64,000 nucleotides of DNA, taken from Auanema rhodensis. Taxonomy: Eukaryota; Animalia; Nematoda. The stretch spans positions 17,794,001 through 17,858,000 of the forward strand of contig OZ059896.1 of the NCBI GenBank assembly GCA_964057225.1, in the 5' to 3' direction. Shown here in pieces: positions 14,586 through 29,675 of the stretch. Every line of letters starts with the position of its first letter. Position 1 is the first letter of the stretch. A program made the translations under genes and the position numbers. Under the pieces are notes generated by a model. The model did no database searches. It was given only the letters and a program-made list of their open reading frames with translations, and was not told the origin of the DNA.

Positions 14586-16135
14586 ATGATGTCCTCATCT
14601 ATTCGTTCAAGTATCATCCTACTTCTAAGCATCACATGCTGCTCTGGCTTCTTCTTTGATTTGCCAGGTAATTTTTAATCCTTTTCGCGTAATTCTCAGT
14701 AAAATTGTCGCTGACAATCAAGTTTTGGTCACTTTCATTTCTGCCATTTTGACTTTCAATCTCAAATACGTGTTATCTACTAAGAATACAAACATTTTTC
14801 GTCCATTATTAGATATGCCATTTCTGGTGAATTGATCAGAATATAACGTAATATTTCGTTATAAATATATATACATATAGTATATATAGGATATAGTATA
14901 TAATCATCTAATAGATACGTCATCAACGTTCTAATAATTAATTGAAAAACATTTGTTTTTCTATTTAAATGAACAAAGAAAAAAGATTAAAAATGATGTG
15001 AATCATGCAGTTTCTAATAATCGTTTCTTTTAAGAAATTTATAAAAGCTTATCTAATTTGCAATTGGAATTTATACTTCTACTTATACCTTACGTCATCA
15101 TTTATTTAAATAATTATCTACACAAAATATCTTTTATTTCAAATTATGAATGATTTTGAATTACTCTTTCTTATCTCTCCCCTCTTCTTTTACCTTCTCT
15201 CTTATTCTCGCATCCCCCCCCCTTTTTCTTATTCGACCCGCTTCACAGCTTTGTGTTCATTAAGCTGTTCAATTCTTGGAACAGGCACTCGTCAACCGTA
15301 CCTATACAGATGATTAATTTGGCAAAAAATGAAGTGAAATTCTGATTCTCATTCAACAATCTGTTCCACATATCAGCAGTATAATAACAAAAGTAGCATT
15401 ACTACTTCTAGTAGCTGCGATAGCTATGATTACTTTAATCAAATGATAAAAAACAAAAACAAATAGTTAGTATAGTTTTTGTGATTCTAGGTATTACTGC
15501 TCCTAAACAACAATGTTGTTGTCCGCAACCAAGCGGCTATGCTCCACCACCGCCACCAAGTGGATATGTTCCACCAGCATCCGGCTACGTACCATATCGT
15601 AGAAAACGGTAGGAATAGTCAGAAAATAAAAAAAAGAGAAAATTATATAGATTAGAGTTCAATCATCAACATTTCTGAAGTGTTTTTTCATTTAAAAAGT
15701 CTATTTCAAGACTTTAATGATTTCGAATATGTTCTCAATTCGTAAAATAGATTATTGACAATGATTTGAACAAAAAATTAAAGAAAAATGATTGGAATTT
15801 ATTATATTTTGGGAAATTTTTAGAACATCTCCATCAGGAGAACTTGAAGCATCAAGCACAGATGAACTATGTAACAGTGTAGCCCTTCGAAATAGTATGA
15901 AAAAGGTTTTAATAATTCTTTTTTTTTAAACCAACAACTGTTTTTTCAACAGGGGCTAGTGGATGCTGATGAGAAAGCAAGTCGTGAAGGCATTCATACT
16001 CAAATCAAAGCTGATCTGAATTCTGAAATGGCTGTAATTTGTACTGCTCATCCATTTGATTTTACCGTCTCACATGATGCTGAGTATTGTTCTGTAGATG
16101 GCAACAACTTCACATGTTATGCCTTTGTTTTCTGA
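14586..16135 (+). CDS. Ground-like (grl) hedgehog-related secreted protein, 5 exons
   Basis: Signal peptide, Pro/Gly/Tyr stretch (SGYAPPPPPSGYVPPASGYVPY), RRKR site, and 4-Cys ground-like domain LCNSVALR...AVICTAHPFDF...EYCSVDGNNFTCYAFVF*. TATA-like TTTATAAG about 40 nt upstream. Confidence 0.88.
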
Positions 16136-16832
16136 TCTCAAGGTTTTATATAAAATATCTTTAAGAATAAAATAATTTTTATTATATTTTGAATACAAAA
16201 ATAATTATTTGTTATTTGTGTATACAGTACGGTACAACTGATGAATGTATTTATACTATATATTGTTGTTTTTCTTTTATTTTAAGTTCAAATATTAATT
16301 ATAAATATAATAATAAAACAAAAAAATGTATTTTAGCCGGAAGAAAACAAAAAAATACAAAACATAGTTTTTTTTCTCGAAACATAGGTGGAAATGAGTT
16401 TATAGATTAAAGAACTTAAATGGGAAAAGACAATTCGTTTTACATTTGCTTTAACTTCTTTTTTCTAATTAGACATCAAAAATCGTTCTTTCAATGAAGG
16501 ACGGACATGTCGACATGATCCATAGTGATAAAACAATCTGACAAACATTTAATAGTTTATAAATTTTTTCGGAAGAGGAGTGTGAAGTAAATGAAAAAAA
16601 AAATTCTTCACATTTCAACTTTTTGTTTCTAATTAACTAATTATGCTTTAATATAATCTTTTAATGAACTTTTTTAATTTACATCATTAAATTAATTAAT
16701 AACGTATAGTATATAAAGCTGATGGTATGTGTGTTTACGTGTGTGTGTGTGTGTTCCTCTTAGTAAGATCATTCAAATAATTTTGTTTTAGGTGTTTTTC
16801 TTTTACTATTACCATTTATTCCTTTCTTGTTC

Positions 16833-18026
16833 ATGTCAAAAAAGGATTTTGTACCTCTTTATGCTCAAAAATACATAAATTGCTGTTGTGGAATAGGAGA
16901 ACAGTATGATCCAACTTGTTTTCAGGTTTAAATTTAGATTCTTCGAATATGATAAACATTTGAAAAGTTAATGTTTTAGGAAGATCATCCAACATACCGT
17001 TCCTGTTTTGGTTCTATACATGTGAAGTACAGTGCAATTATACTAGCAACTTTCAAGCTTATCATATTAACTGCCATATTAATTTATATTTTCGTGAGAT
17101 CTGATGACGATTTACTCCGTTTATGTAAGTTTTATCAAATTCATTTATGTTGGGGTTACGTTTGAAGATAATAGGATACGAACACGTTAAGCATAATCTT
17201 TATTTTTACATTTTTATATTTTAAAACTTTTTTTGCAGTTGGTCTCTTCGGATTTCTGGTTGCTGGTCTCAGCAATATTCTGTTAATTGCTGGTGTTCAT
17301 GCTAGGAGGTCAGTTCCAATATACATATTATATATAACTTCAAAATCAATTAAGAAAAACCTATAATTTATTTAATATTTTAGAAAATTAGTTGAAATAA
17401 TTATAGATATGTTTTCTTGATTCCATATTTTACTGCTTGTATTCTATTCATATTTGTACTCGTCTTACAACTTTTCTATAGTTTCATGGAGACAGCAAAT
17501 GCAAAAAATAGTCTTGAAATTGACAGTTTAGTATGGAATATATGTTTAGTAAGGATTATATATAATATATTTAACTATTTTTTAAAATATATAATGATTA
17601 CAGTTAGCTATAACCATGTTTGAAATATATACTTTAACTATTGTTTGGAGGGTATTTGTTTATATTTGTGATTATAACATGGAATGTCGCTTAAAACAAT
17701 TAAGAAGGTAAGTAAGTATTTAGTATGTAAGATAAAGTTAGTTATTATAAATTATATCTTTTTTTTTTATAAAATTAACCAAATTTATAAACATTTATTA
17801 AATAATATTATTATTATTTAAAGTTGATCATTGCTGTATCTATAATACATGTCTTATCAAATTAAAATACTTAATTAACCTATATTATTCATTTTTTCAG
17901 CTTTCAACATATTTTTAAATTTTTAAAAAGAATTTCTTGTTGAATTGTAAACTTTGCAACTAATCAAACTTCATGTTAAACAAGATAGAAAGTATAAAAA
18001 TTAACAAGATTAGCACAGAAAGAGAA

Positions 18027-18119
<93 letters not shown>

Positions 18120-18317
18120 GAGAAAATATTGGAGAGGTTAAACGTTTATCTCTTTTTCATTTTCAAACAGTTTCGTGTTTCAAAGTTTAATTTCAGGTGT
18201 GATCATGAGAATCATTCCCCATCTTCAGACAATTATCTTTCATCTAATCAATTAGTTGGAACTGTTAATCGAATAACGATAGGTAACGAAGAATCTGACA
18301 GTAGTGAGGGCGAATAA
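16833..18317 (+). CDS. Uncharacterised 4-TM membrane protein (LAPTM-like nematode family), 6 exons
   Basis: In-frame spliced ORF: YRSCFGSIHVK, four hydrophobic segments, LLIAGVHARRYVFLIPYF, IVWRVFVYICDY, acidic tail ending SDSSEGE*. Confidence 0.75.
18017..18123. repeat. (GA)n-rich microsatellite in an intron
   Basis: Direct reading; explains the ER-rich part of ORF 17973-18317. Confidence 0.95.
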
Positions 18318-19127
18318 TCACGACAATGATGTAATGGAAATGAAATCTGAAATCGAGACATGACCATGACGATTCATCAGCGAATAGAAAACCAAACGTC
18401 GTCTAATACATCAGTAGGTAACCTAATGAGAATCTGTCTCATCTATCTATCTATCTATGTCTGTTTGTCTGTCTGGCTTTTGTTGATATTATATTGTTTT
18501 ATCATTATTTTTCCTGAGAAAAAAAGAAAAAAAGAAAGAAGATATGATTGAAATTGAAATATAAGACATTCTTCGACGACAATCAGATTAATCTGGAAAA
18601 AAAGTAAACGACTACAATAAAATGTTAAAGTTAAATTATATGCATATAATTATATATATAATATAAAATAAAAATTAATTACTTATTACATTTATAATAA
18701 TTATTAAATTTGTATAAATTGTATATAAAATTAAATTTTTGTTTCGTTAGGATTGTTTGAAAAATAAAGAAAAATCCTGTTTTACTAGCTTACAATTCCA
18801 TAACTTTCTAATGTAATTCAATGACATACAGTTGAAGAGAAACAAAAAAAATATTTTATTACATCATTATCATCAAATATAACTAATTTGTCGTCAACAA
18901 TGAATTTTACACTTAATGTTCTTACAGTTCTTACAACATAATTTGCACGCCCTATATACACATATACACAAAAAAATATATTTTAAAGGAAAAGTTTAAA
19001 TAATTATGGCTTATATATGGGACTGAATTAGTGATTTTGCTCCAGAATGTCTTCTTTGAAGGCTTCAGTTCTCATGTCTCTTCTTTTTTTTCCACATCAT
19101 AATTTTTTATTATAATTTTTAGAAAGA

Positions 19128-19841
19128 ATGATGTCTCGAATGCTTATAAGCTTAGCTCTGGTTCTCGGAGTTGCTGCTCTTTCAGAAGCAGGTACGCATA
19201 GCTTTTCGAAGTTATTCTTTGCTTCCCTTCTCTCCTCTTTTTATCTGCTTAGATGTTGAGATAAAGCATAGTAGAGCATTAAAAAAACAAATCCAACTAA
19301 AACGAATATCAGGGAGTTTTTAGCTCGTTTTCGACGACAAAACTATGGATATGTGAGTTCACAGTCAGCTGATGTTCCAGCAGCCATTGAGTATATTCCA
19401 CCGATGGCACCAACCGATCAACCAACTCGTATAATTCGTACCAGATCCAATTATGAATCACTTAATGCTTTATGTACAAATTCTGATATGCGAGATATTA
19501 TAACATCCGTAAGTATTTTCTTAATTATTCATGAGTGTATCAAGATGCATTTTAAATTTTTTGAATTGACAATTCAAGTAATTCAATTATTTTTCTAATT
19601 TTAATGATGAATAATTAAGCAAAAATGAAAATGAAAGAAAAAACAATATTTTTTTCAGAATATTCATAATAATGATTTGGACCGTTCACGTCAAGCTATT
19701 GAAGTAGCACTCAATGACAAATTTGAAGGAAAAACATGGGTTGTTGCTTGTTCCAGCGAAACATTGAGCATGTCTCGTAATAAGAAATTATATTGTCAAA
19801 TGAGTCGTAGTGATATCTGGTGTTCCGCATATGCATTATAG
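19128..19841 (+). CDS. Second ground-like (grl) hedgehog-related secreted protein, 3 exons
   Basis: Signal peptide, RFRR site, 4-Cys domain ALCTNSDMRDII...WVVACSSE...LYCQMSRSDIWCSAYAL*. Confidence 0.85.
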
Positions 19842-22819
19842 TGTGTTTATCTATTCATATACGTTATATGTTACTATACTATATAGCTTTATATTTTGTA
19901 TATATACATATATGTAGATAGATATATAGAGATAAATATATAATAATATATAGTTAAGAAATTTTATTTATATGTTATAGTAAGATTAAGATAGATGATA
20001 TACTAGATACATATAACTAACTATATGTATACCATACATATACATCAGTATGTATATAGAAAAATAAGTAAACAAACATAGAATTATCTTTATTCTTTCA
20101 ATATTTTTATCAAATTCTACTTGAAACATATTGATAATGAACATTGATATAGTGAGAAGTATTATCTGGTCAGTAGTTAGTTGCTACTGGCCTTGTATTG
20201 CTATTACAGTAACAGATGAATGAGAGGTGTGGTTGATGGATAAATTGAAGTTTTTGAGGACGAAGATTGAAACACATACACTGTCATCATTTTATTTCAT
20301 TGTCACTCATTGTCACATAAGGTAAAAATAGGAAAAAGAGAACCAAAGAAGAGTTCGGAAGAGGAAACGAGGGAGTGCAGAGGGAAGAGAACGTTTAAAC
20401 GGATTTAACGCAGGGATAGAGGTAATCATTGGTAAATTGAGAAGGAGAAACCTAATAGATCTTCTTTCCTTTCTTTTTCCGGCTCACCTCACTCACATAC
20501 ACCTTCTGTATATGTGTATGTCCCTGTGTGTGTCCTCCAATCCGATCCAACAACGGTCTGACCGCGTCAACTACTAACAATCTAGCCTATTGTACCTCTC
20601 CTTATTATGTTTTCCTTTACGTCGTTTTTCTCTTCAATTGGTCAGACAACGATGGCCCATCGATTGATTGGGTCAATGAGTAGTATGCATGGTACTCATT
20701 GGCTCAGTAATGTAGGTTGTGTTTGTGAAAGTATATAATGACCATCTGGGTATATTCAGGTGTGTGAATGCCTATATTCATCATATATAACATCAGCATT
20801 GTTTTACTATATATATAGTTAAGATTTTATATAATATATGTAATTTAAATATAATTATTGCTTGTTTTTTTGAAATATATTCAATTAGTTATATTCATTT
20901 ATAATGATTTATTTAAAACTATTTAAATATAATTATGAATAATATTTCCAAAACACTAGATAATTCATTTTTTCAATTTTTTTAGAAAATAACTTACTCT
21001 TACTTACTTAAAGCTCTCTTCATTCATAGATCGAAATAGTTCTAACATTCCCTTACTCCTTTAACTTTGAAACTTTCTTTAGAAAAAATATTTTCTAGAT
21101 TTCACCTTTCTGGTCTTCATTTGATTAAGTTAGTAGTTTATTTTTAGTTTATTAATTAAAGTTATTGATATTGGATAATAGAGCAACGAGCATTGTCATG
21201 GTTACGTTAGGATTCCTAAAATCCCCAACCTAAAGTGTCAATATCCATATCATTTATGAACATAAATTTGTATTTTTATATTAAAAAATCACAAAAATTT
21301 AAGTTCAAGTTCAATATTTGTTTTGTTATTCTTGTTATTCTTTAGTTTTTGTATGTTATTTCGATTATAAACATAATAGAATTTTCAATATATTTCATTT
21401 TTGTATTGAAAAGTTCATTTTAAAACTGGCAAACATCACTCATACTAACTATTTGTATGCGTACAGATTCTTTTTTTTTTGAACTTATTTAAAAAAAAAA
21501 GAAAGTTTCATTTTTCTTTTTGTTTCTACGATCTGTCAAACGTTTCCTGCTTCGTATTGTGTGTACAATATAAAATATTTACTTTTTCCGTATAGTTTTC
21601 ATTAGTTTAGCGTACGGCAGATGAGAGAACTGTATTTAAACGAACAACATAAAAAGTTCTTGTGAATCTTAATGTATGTTTCACCTAAAAGTACAATTCT
21701 GAAGATGCTTTGTCATTAATTGTTTGTGTATTATTGGAGAACTATAGATGATTAATTCAATACTTCATATGATTACATATGATTATCAAATAGCTTTTGA
21801 TATTATCCTCTTCTTAACGTTTTTTTTAGTTTTAGACTACAATCTTTTTAGTTTGTAAATCTTTTAAACTATCGTTCTGCGTCATATTTTTTGTTCATTT
21901 TCATGACTGTTGAGAATTGTCACACATACCTACACACAATAACTTGATCCGATATTGCTACCAACCTCTCCCTCATACTTTTTTTATCAAACCCATTTGA
22001 AACATGTTACAACTTTCTGCTATGAAAAGCATTATTAATAATTCGAGTACTTCTCCCCCTCACCCATTCTGTAATCTGAATATTCATTTTCAATACTTCT
22101 TTGACATTTTTTTGTGAATAATTATTTCTTACTAGCTTTTTTGATCTTTTTATTTCTTCATTGAGCATCATTTTGTATCCAAATATGCAAAACACGTCGT
22201 TGAAAATTTGCAGAAGCGAATATTAAATTGTAATATATGCAAAATTAAGAAAAAATTGATAGAAATTAAGTGAGTTAGAAGAAAAGATATGAGCCAATTG
22301 AGTTTGAGATAGAGAGAGAGAGAGAGAGAGAAGAGAGAGTGCATTGTCCATAGCTTCATATATATATTATATAATCTCAACTTGTTACTATATATTTATC
22401 AAAATATATCACATTAAGCCTATTATTCGACATAAACTCATGATATATTTATATTTAATCAACCAGCTTTGAGTAAAATGACTTCATAATATATTCAATG
22501 ACGTTTTGTCTGAAAAAATTTAATTTTTCTCAAATATTGTCTTTTCTATTATATGTTTTACAAAGGTAATAGTAATGATTCTTAGTTAACAAACAAAGAC
22601 AAAACACCTGTTACAAAGGAAATGTAAAAGTACAACTAAAGTCTGAGTATCATCTTATATACTTCTGAATACAAAACCTAACTGACCTTATCCTGGCTTT
22701 ATTTCCTCTCCAAACAAACAATCAGAATCTAATTTATCATAAGAATATCGTTATACATTCCGCATGTTCATAAGCATGATATTAGAGAAGTTTTAACCTT
22801 TTTACCTTCAGAGAGGGTG

Positions 22820-25800
22820 ATGTCAGACCTGACATGCAAGAATGGACTACTAATTCCGGCAACAGATGTATCACCCCGAAATGCTTTAGTCTATTTAGCC
22901 GGCTTACTCTATTGTTTTCTGGGTATAGCTATAGCAGCTGATATATTTATGTGTGCTATTGAAAAGATCACAAGTGCAACAAAGTAAATTATCATGATAT
23001 TATCATAATTTATACTAATTTATAACATATAATTAAGACAATTTAACTAGTTTTTTCTTATAGACGAGTCAAAACTTCAAAAGAACATAAACAGTTAGTT
23101 GATAGTCAGCAGGCTGATGACACAAACGAATATGAGGAAGTTCAAATATGGAATCCTACAGTAGCCAACCTTACTCTAATGGTAAATCGAAAGAATTAAA
23201 TACTCCTAGAAACATACATAGCCTTTCAAGCAACTTGTCATCATATACAATGAAATAAGAATTTCAAATATTACAGGCATTAGGAAGCAGTGCTCCGGAA
23301 ATTCTTTTGTCACTCATTGAGATTATTGGAAATGGCTTCAAATCCGGAGATCTTGGTCCAGGCACTATCGTTGGTAATGTAACAACGCTGATAGAAAGCG
23401 TTTTGTCTGATCTTTCTATCTGTCTAACCATCATACATTTAAGGATCAGCTGCCTTCAATCTTTTCTGTATTTCTGCTATTTGCATATTATCCGTTAAAA
23501 GTCCTGATGTCAAGAGAATTGAGATGTTTCGTGTTTTCGCTATAACAGCTTTCTTTGGAATTTTCGCCTATGTTTGGCTTTTGCTGGTAAGCTTCATGTT
23601 TGGTCATCCATCCAGATACACACTATGAGAATATAAAACAGAAAGAACGATAAATGACCTGGTGTTCGAGAGCTTGTTAATAAAAAAAATAATTCAGCAG
23701 CTTTATTTTAAATATTAAAAAAATATTTTTTTAAAAAAGAAATATCCCTCATTCACTGATCTCAAATGATTTTTTAATATTTAGATTCTGTCAGTAATAA
23801 CTCCAAATGTTGTTGACGTGTGGGAAGCTATGCTTACATTGGCTTTCTTCGTAATTCTTGTTGTAGTTGCATACTTTGCCGATATAGAGGTAGTTTTAAA
23901 GAAAACATTTATATTTACTTGAATATCGCATTGAAAAAATGACGTTGAAATGTAGTTTTAACTGACAATTATGCTACCAATTTAGATATGGAAATCAAAA
24001 AAAGCTAATTTGGAAGTTGAACTCGAGGCTATTGAGGATAAGAGAACTCCAGCGTGCCAGCTTGATGTTAACATCAAACGATATGCTAGTCAAGCAAGCT
24101 TACAGCCTGATGGATCGGTATGAAACCATGATTAAAATAAAATCGTATATATTTAAATATACATATGTATATGTCTATATATATCTATCTACATTCTAGA
24201 GAGTTGTTGGCACACTACCAACACCATCATTCGAAGCTGTTAAAAAACTATCACGTGATGTATCACGAACCTATCCAACTTTATCGGCTGAAGATCAAGC
24301 TCTAATACTAGCTTATAGATTGAAGCAGAATACCGTAAATATTTTATCCTATTTATAAAAATCATTTTCTGAGAAAAAGTAGAAAAAATTTCTGAGAAAA
24401 ATTATAATTATTTTTAGAAAAAGAAAGAAAAGAAGAGAGTGAGATAAAAATAAAAAGAATGAGATACTACACTTTAAATAATGATGTTTAGGTTCATATT
24501 GTTATTTAGAATTATAAAACTAAACTAAAAAAATAAATAAATTAGATAAAACATATAGTTAATAGAGATCATACAACATACAGCTAATATTTATTTTGTA
24601 CTTAATAAATTTTAATATTATATCCTTATATACTAAGTACTTATCTATATAATTTTATTAAAATTTTCTAATTTATAGCAGCATAATCGTTTATTCTACC
24701 GTATACGAGCAATTCGATGTATATCATCTTCATTTAATAGATCAGAAGAAGAATGTGATGTTCACAATCTATTGAAAAAAGCTGAGACAATTGAAACAGA
24801 TGGACGAGGTAACTTTTGCACTCCAACTACAGAGCTTCATTACGCTTTTTTTGATTTTGATTAGTAAAATTGATGTATTATTTTTGTTATTTATATATAT
24901 ATATATATAGTATAAACTATACTATATGTAGATTTTTAATATTAAAGTACTTTTATTTTGAAAATGATTTGAATAATTATTTCTTTTCAGTCAAGCCAAT
25001 AATTGAATTCTCTGCACGAGTTTATGCTGTTGAATCAAGCGATAAGCAAGTCACGTTAACGGTATGTCATATGTATCTGATTATAAATATTAATTATATT
25101 ACTAGAATATTCATATATATATATATTTAATTATACTAATTTATATTATATTAGATTATTAGACGAGGATCAAATAGATATCCATTAACTGTCAATTATC
25201 AAACTGTTAATGGATTAGCTAAAAGAGATTTACATTTCTTAGCTAAATCAGAATCTATACGATTTGCTAGTGGAGAACAAGAAAAGTAAGAAAACGTGAA
25301 CATTTGATTGCAAAAATCATTTTTTTTCCATATTATAGTATTACAAGATGAATATTCTTTCAGAGATATTCATATTACTTTAGTGGATGGAGCAGATTGG
25401 AGACCAAATCATGTATTTTACGTTCATTTGAAGATTGAAGTCAGATATATTATTTTAAAATATATATACATGTGTATGTCATCTTCAGGATCAAGATGAT
25501 TCCGATACTGTTCAACTAGGACCTGCGGCTGTTGCTCGTATTCGATATCCAGATGATACAGCTTCATTAATGGGCGAGCCAGCTATTGAGTTTGTTCGAG
25601 CTAACTATGTATGTTTATATTTATATTTAAACTTAATCGTATACATTATGCTGTAAAGAAATGAAGAAAAAAGAAAAAAATTTAATTGAGTTTTCTTAAT
25701 CGGTATGTGTGTATGTGTATCTTCAGGTTGTATCTGAAAATTGTGGGTTTGCTCGAGTGTATGTATCTAGACGAGGAACAATCCGAAAAGGCAAATGCAC

Positions 25801-28800
25801 TATCAGCTATGATACACTGGACATCACAGCACAGCAGAAATTTGACTATATGCCAATTGAAAATGGAAAACTTCAATTTGACGGATATGTAAGTGATGCA
25901 AATTCATTTTTTCCGCTTTAATGATCATGAAAATGACCATGTTTGATGATGTTTGAAGAATGATGTTTGAAAATATATTTTATGAATAAAAAAACTTTTT
26001 TCTAGGAATATGAGAAGTATATTGACGTTGAAATATTGGATGATAAGCAAGATGAGAAAGATGAAACGTTTATGATTGAATTGACTGAATGCAGTAATTC
26101 AGGTAATATATAAACTAAGTTAATATTAATATAGTTATAGATTATAACTAAAATAAGATATATAATTCAATATATTCTTCTATATATGTGTATATATTTA
26201 GATATTTCAATTGGAAAAAATAAAAAAACAATTATAACAATCATATCGGATGATAATCTGCTTAAAAATGTGACGAATGTTCGAAAGCTTTTAAGACATT
26301 ATATGCGTAAAATGACACCCGGACAGCGTACATGGAAAGAGCAGGTAAGCTTAGATATGGAATACAAAAAAATAAAAATAGAAACTAAATAATGATAACT
26401 TGCAAGTAATAGAAGATATGAATATCTCTTTCTTTCTTTCTCTATATCCACGTCATTATATACTTTATTTCAAAGAACAAGTTTTAGAAAAAGTTCCCAA
26501 AATCATGATCACCTACGTACTATATGTGTTGCATCTTTCATCCATGCATAGTTTGATCAAAAATGTGTTGCAATGAACATTTCAGTTTGAAATCGGATCT
26601 AATCAGAAACTTTTCTAAGCCTTTTGTTTTCATATATAAATTATATAGTTTTTAAGACTAAAACTCAATACATTAAATATTATTTTTTAAAAATTATGAT
26701 AATCCATTTCCTATTAGTTATTAGAATTAATTTTCTTAAAGTCTATAAACTCATCAACATTCAATACAACCACCTACTTATTATCTTTAGATTATATATT
26801 ATAATCATTATATTTTTTTCCAGATTTTAAATGCAACATCAGTTAATGCTGGAGATCTTGCTAATGCTACATTATCAGATTGTGTACTTCATGCCTTAGC
26901 ATTTCCCTGGAAGGTATTTTCAAAAATTATTTTATTTTACTCTACAAATTTATTTCTTCATGTTATTCTCTGACTTTTCATCTTTATTGCACATTTTTTC
27001 CCACAAAAAGAAACTTTAGAAATAATAGTTCCTGCTTGCAAATAAAAGAGAAATATATAAAATAAAAACTGTTGAAACTACATTTGCAAGCATATTTCTT
27101 ATAAAACATGTTGAAGATAAAAGGCAATTAGCCGACAATGAAAAGTTGGTATTTTCAGTTTACATTTGCTTTCATTCCACCACCATCCATATTAGGAGGA
27201 TGGCTTTGTTTTTTGGTCTCTTTAGCTGTTATTGGAGCTATAACAGCAGTAGTTGGTAAGTGAAGTCAGACTTGGTTATGAGAAGTAGGAAAAGAAAAAA
27301 AAGAGGAAAAGGAAGTGAAATGAAAAGACGAAGAGTTTAGATGTAGAGAAACATCTAACATAGTTGATTTGAACTTTGTTTTGTGTGAAATATAAATTAA
27401 ATGTATATACAATCACAATATATATACATATATAGATAAATATCTATATGATATGATAAAGTGGAAGATGTGAAGCACTGTTTCATCATAATCTTTATCT
27501 TTCTTTGTCATTTGCTTGATGTTCTAAAAGCATTTTTGGTTCCTGTTTTGATGATGTTGCATCAAATTATTAATCAAAAAACGTCATTTTCATCGTCATT
27601 ATTTTAATTTCAATAATAAGTGATATTATTATTATTTATTAAATTGATAAAAGAAGCTGTTATTGGACAAACTTCCATACTTTCGATTCTTGGTTATACC
27701 TTATATAATTTCTATTTTCAGGTGATTTGGCTTCTATTTTTGGTTGTATGGTAGGTATGAGAGATGCTGTAACCGCTATAACTTTGGTAGCAATTGGAAC
27801 AAGTCTTCCAGATACTTTTGCTTCCAAAATTGCAGCTGAAAATGTGAGTTTCCTATTTAGTTAAGCGCATCTCTTGATTTCCTTTTATTGCATCCATCTC
27901 CCCTCGTTTCATTCCTCCCTCTCATCCTTCTACAATCTTCCATTAATCGTTTGTAACTCCCTCGCTTCCTGTCATCCAATCTTCATCCAGTACCTATAAT
28001 ACCAATAATATGAATAGCTTAACAATAAGTTGAGCAAGTTGCAACAGTAGCATACTCTCATTATGCTCATGAAAAAAAAATCTTATTTTTTTTATTTCCC
28101 AAAATGTCCTGCGTAATTAGAGCCAATACTCACATATCCCACCCGATAATTTCATGTATTTTCTAAAATTTTCGTGTATAGTATTATTTGGAGTAAAATA
28201 TAACGATAATACAACAAATAGGTAAAATCACCAAAAAGAGTATTATTTAACTTTTTCCTTTGATTGTCTCATCTGTTAGACAGTTTTCTCCTGATTAGAC
28301 GACGTCACTCATACACACACATGGATACATACATGTGTACACAGACGAATAATTGAGAAAGATTCCGAACGATTCATGCTTTAAGCTTCACAAGTTTTTT
28401 CAGATATTTGATATAGTTTTATATATTTTACATAATATATGTATAATATATCTATATATATATATATATGAATATATTGTATATATATTGTATATGTAAG
28501 TGAGTCTGTTTTTTTGGAAAAAAATATAAAATATGTATGGCAGTGAGAAGCTGAAAATTTGCTGATTTTTTTGTTTTTTTTTTGTAAAATTTCGAAACAA
28601 ATATCATCAAGTCCAAAATGTTCTTTTGTATTTTATTTCTTCTAAACTTTTTTGAATTATGAGGATTATGACTAGCACTTGCGCTACTACTGGAAATACT
28701 ACAAGAATCCCTCATTTCTAATAAAATATAAATATTTATATCCACAACATCAAAAATTTGAAAAAAAAATTGAGATTTAAGTCAAAGGCTAAACGCATTA

Positions 28801-29340
28801 AAAATGCCAACGACATTTCTATTCCATGTGGAACGTCAGAGAAATGTTGATTTAAAATTGAAAGAGTACAATGAACACCTGGCTTTCCATGTCAGAAACG
28901 TTTATGATAGATGATAGAGTGATCAGACTTTTTTTGAAGCTTGAAAGCGGAAGAGATACTACTTTCTCTTTTTCTCCTTATCTATACGTTTTGATTTATT
29001 TTTATATTTAATGGCTTATACTCATTCATATCAGACTTAACTGATATATTTAACTTTATCTAACACATACATATATGTATATATATTTAGGATCCAGCAG
29101 CTGATAATGCTATTGGTAATGTCACCGGCTCCAACTCGGTAAATGTGTTCTTAGGACTTGGTCTGCCATGGCTTGTGGCATCCATCTATTGGTGGAGCAA
29201 AGGAGAAGTTTTTGAAGTGAAGGCTGGTGATGTTGTGAATAGGTTAGTTTATATGTGAAGAAATATGAAGGAAGATATCACAATATTGCAAACCTTTCTA
29301 ATATATAGTTAATAAATCTAAAGAGGAAATCAGAAAGAAG

Positions 29341-29392
<52 letters not shown>

Positions 29393-29675
29393 AAAAGATA
29401 AAGTACAAAAGGATGATGAAAGAGGATTCAGCTATTCATCTTTCACCATATTATAGAGCAGATTTCATAAAAAAGAATTTTTGCATTCGTGTTTCAGTGT
29501 AACCATCTTTACTATATGCTCTATCATCTTCATGATCATGATATTATTACGAAGAACACAAGCAATCTTCGGAAAAGGAGAACTTGGAGGACCTGCTATA
29601 CCAAAGATCGTTTGTGGTATATTCTCTTTTCTCCTTTGGATCATCTATGTTACAACTTCAACACTGTTATCATGA
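22820..29675 (+). CDS. ncx-3: Na+/Ca2+ exchanger (SLC8/NCX, NCX-3 type) with two Calx-beta domains; 5' end uncertain
   Basis: Alpha-1 repeat [24 protein letters not shown]...LGPGTIVGSAAFNLF. Alpha-2 repeat ITLVAIGTSLPDTFASK...ADNAIGNVTGSNSVNVFLGLGLPW. Calx-beta motifs (IEFSARVYAV, ILDDKQDEKDETFMIEL). The frame stays open to the acceptor at 22811, so an upstream exon is possible. Confidence 0.93.
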
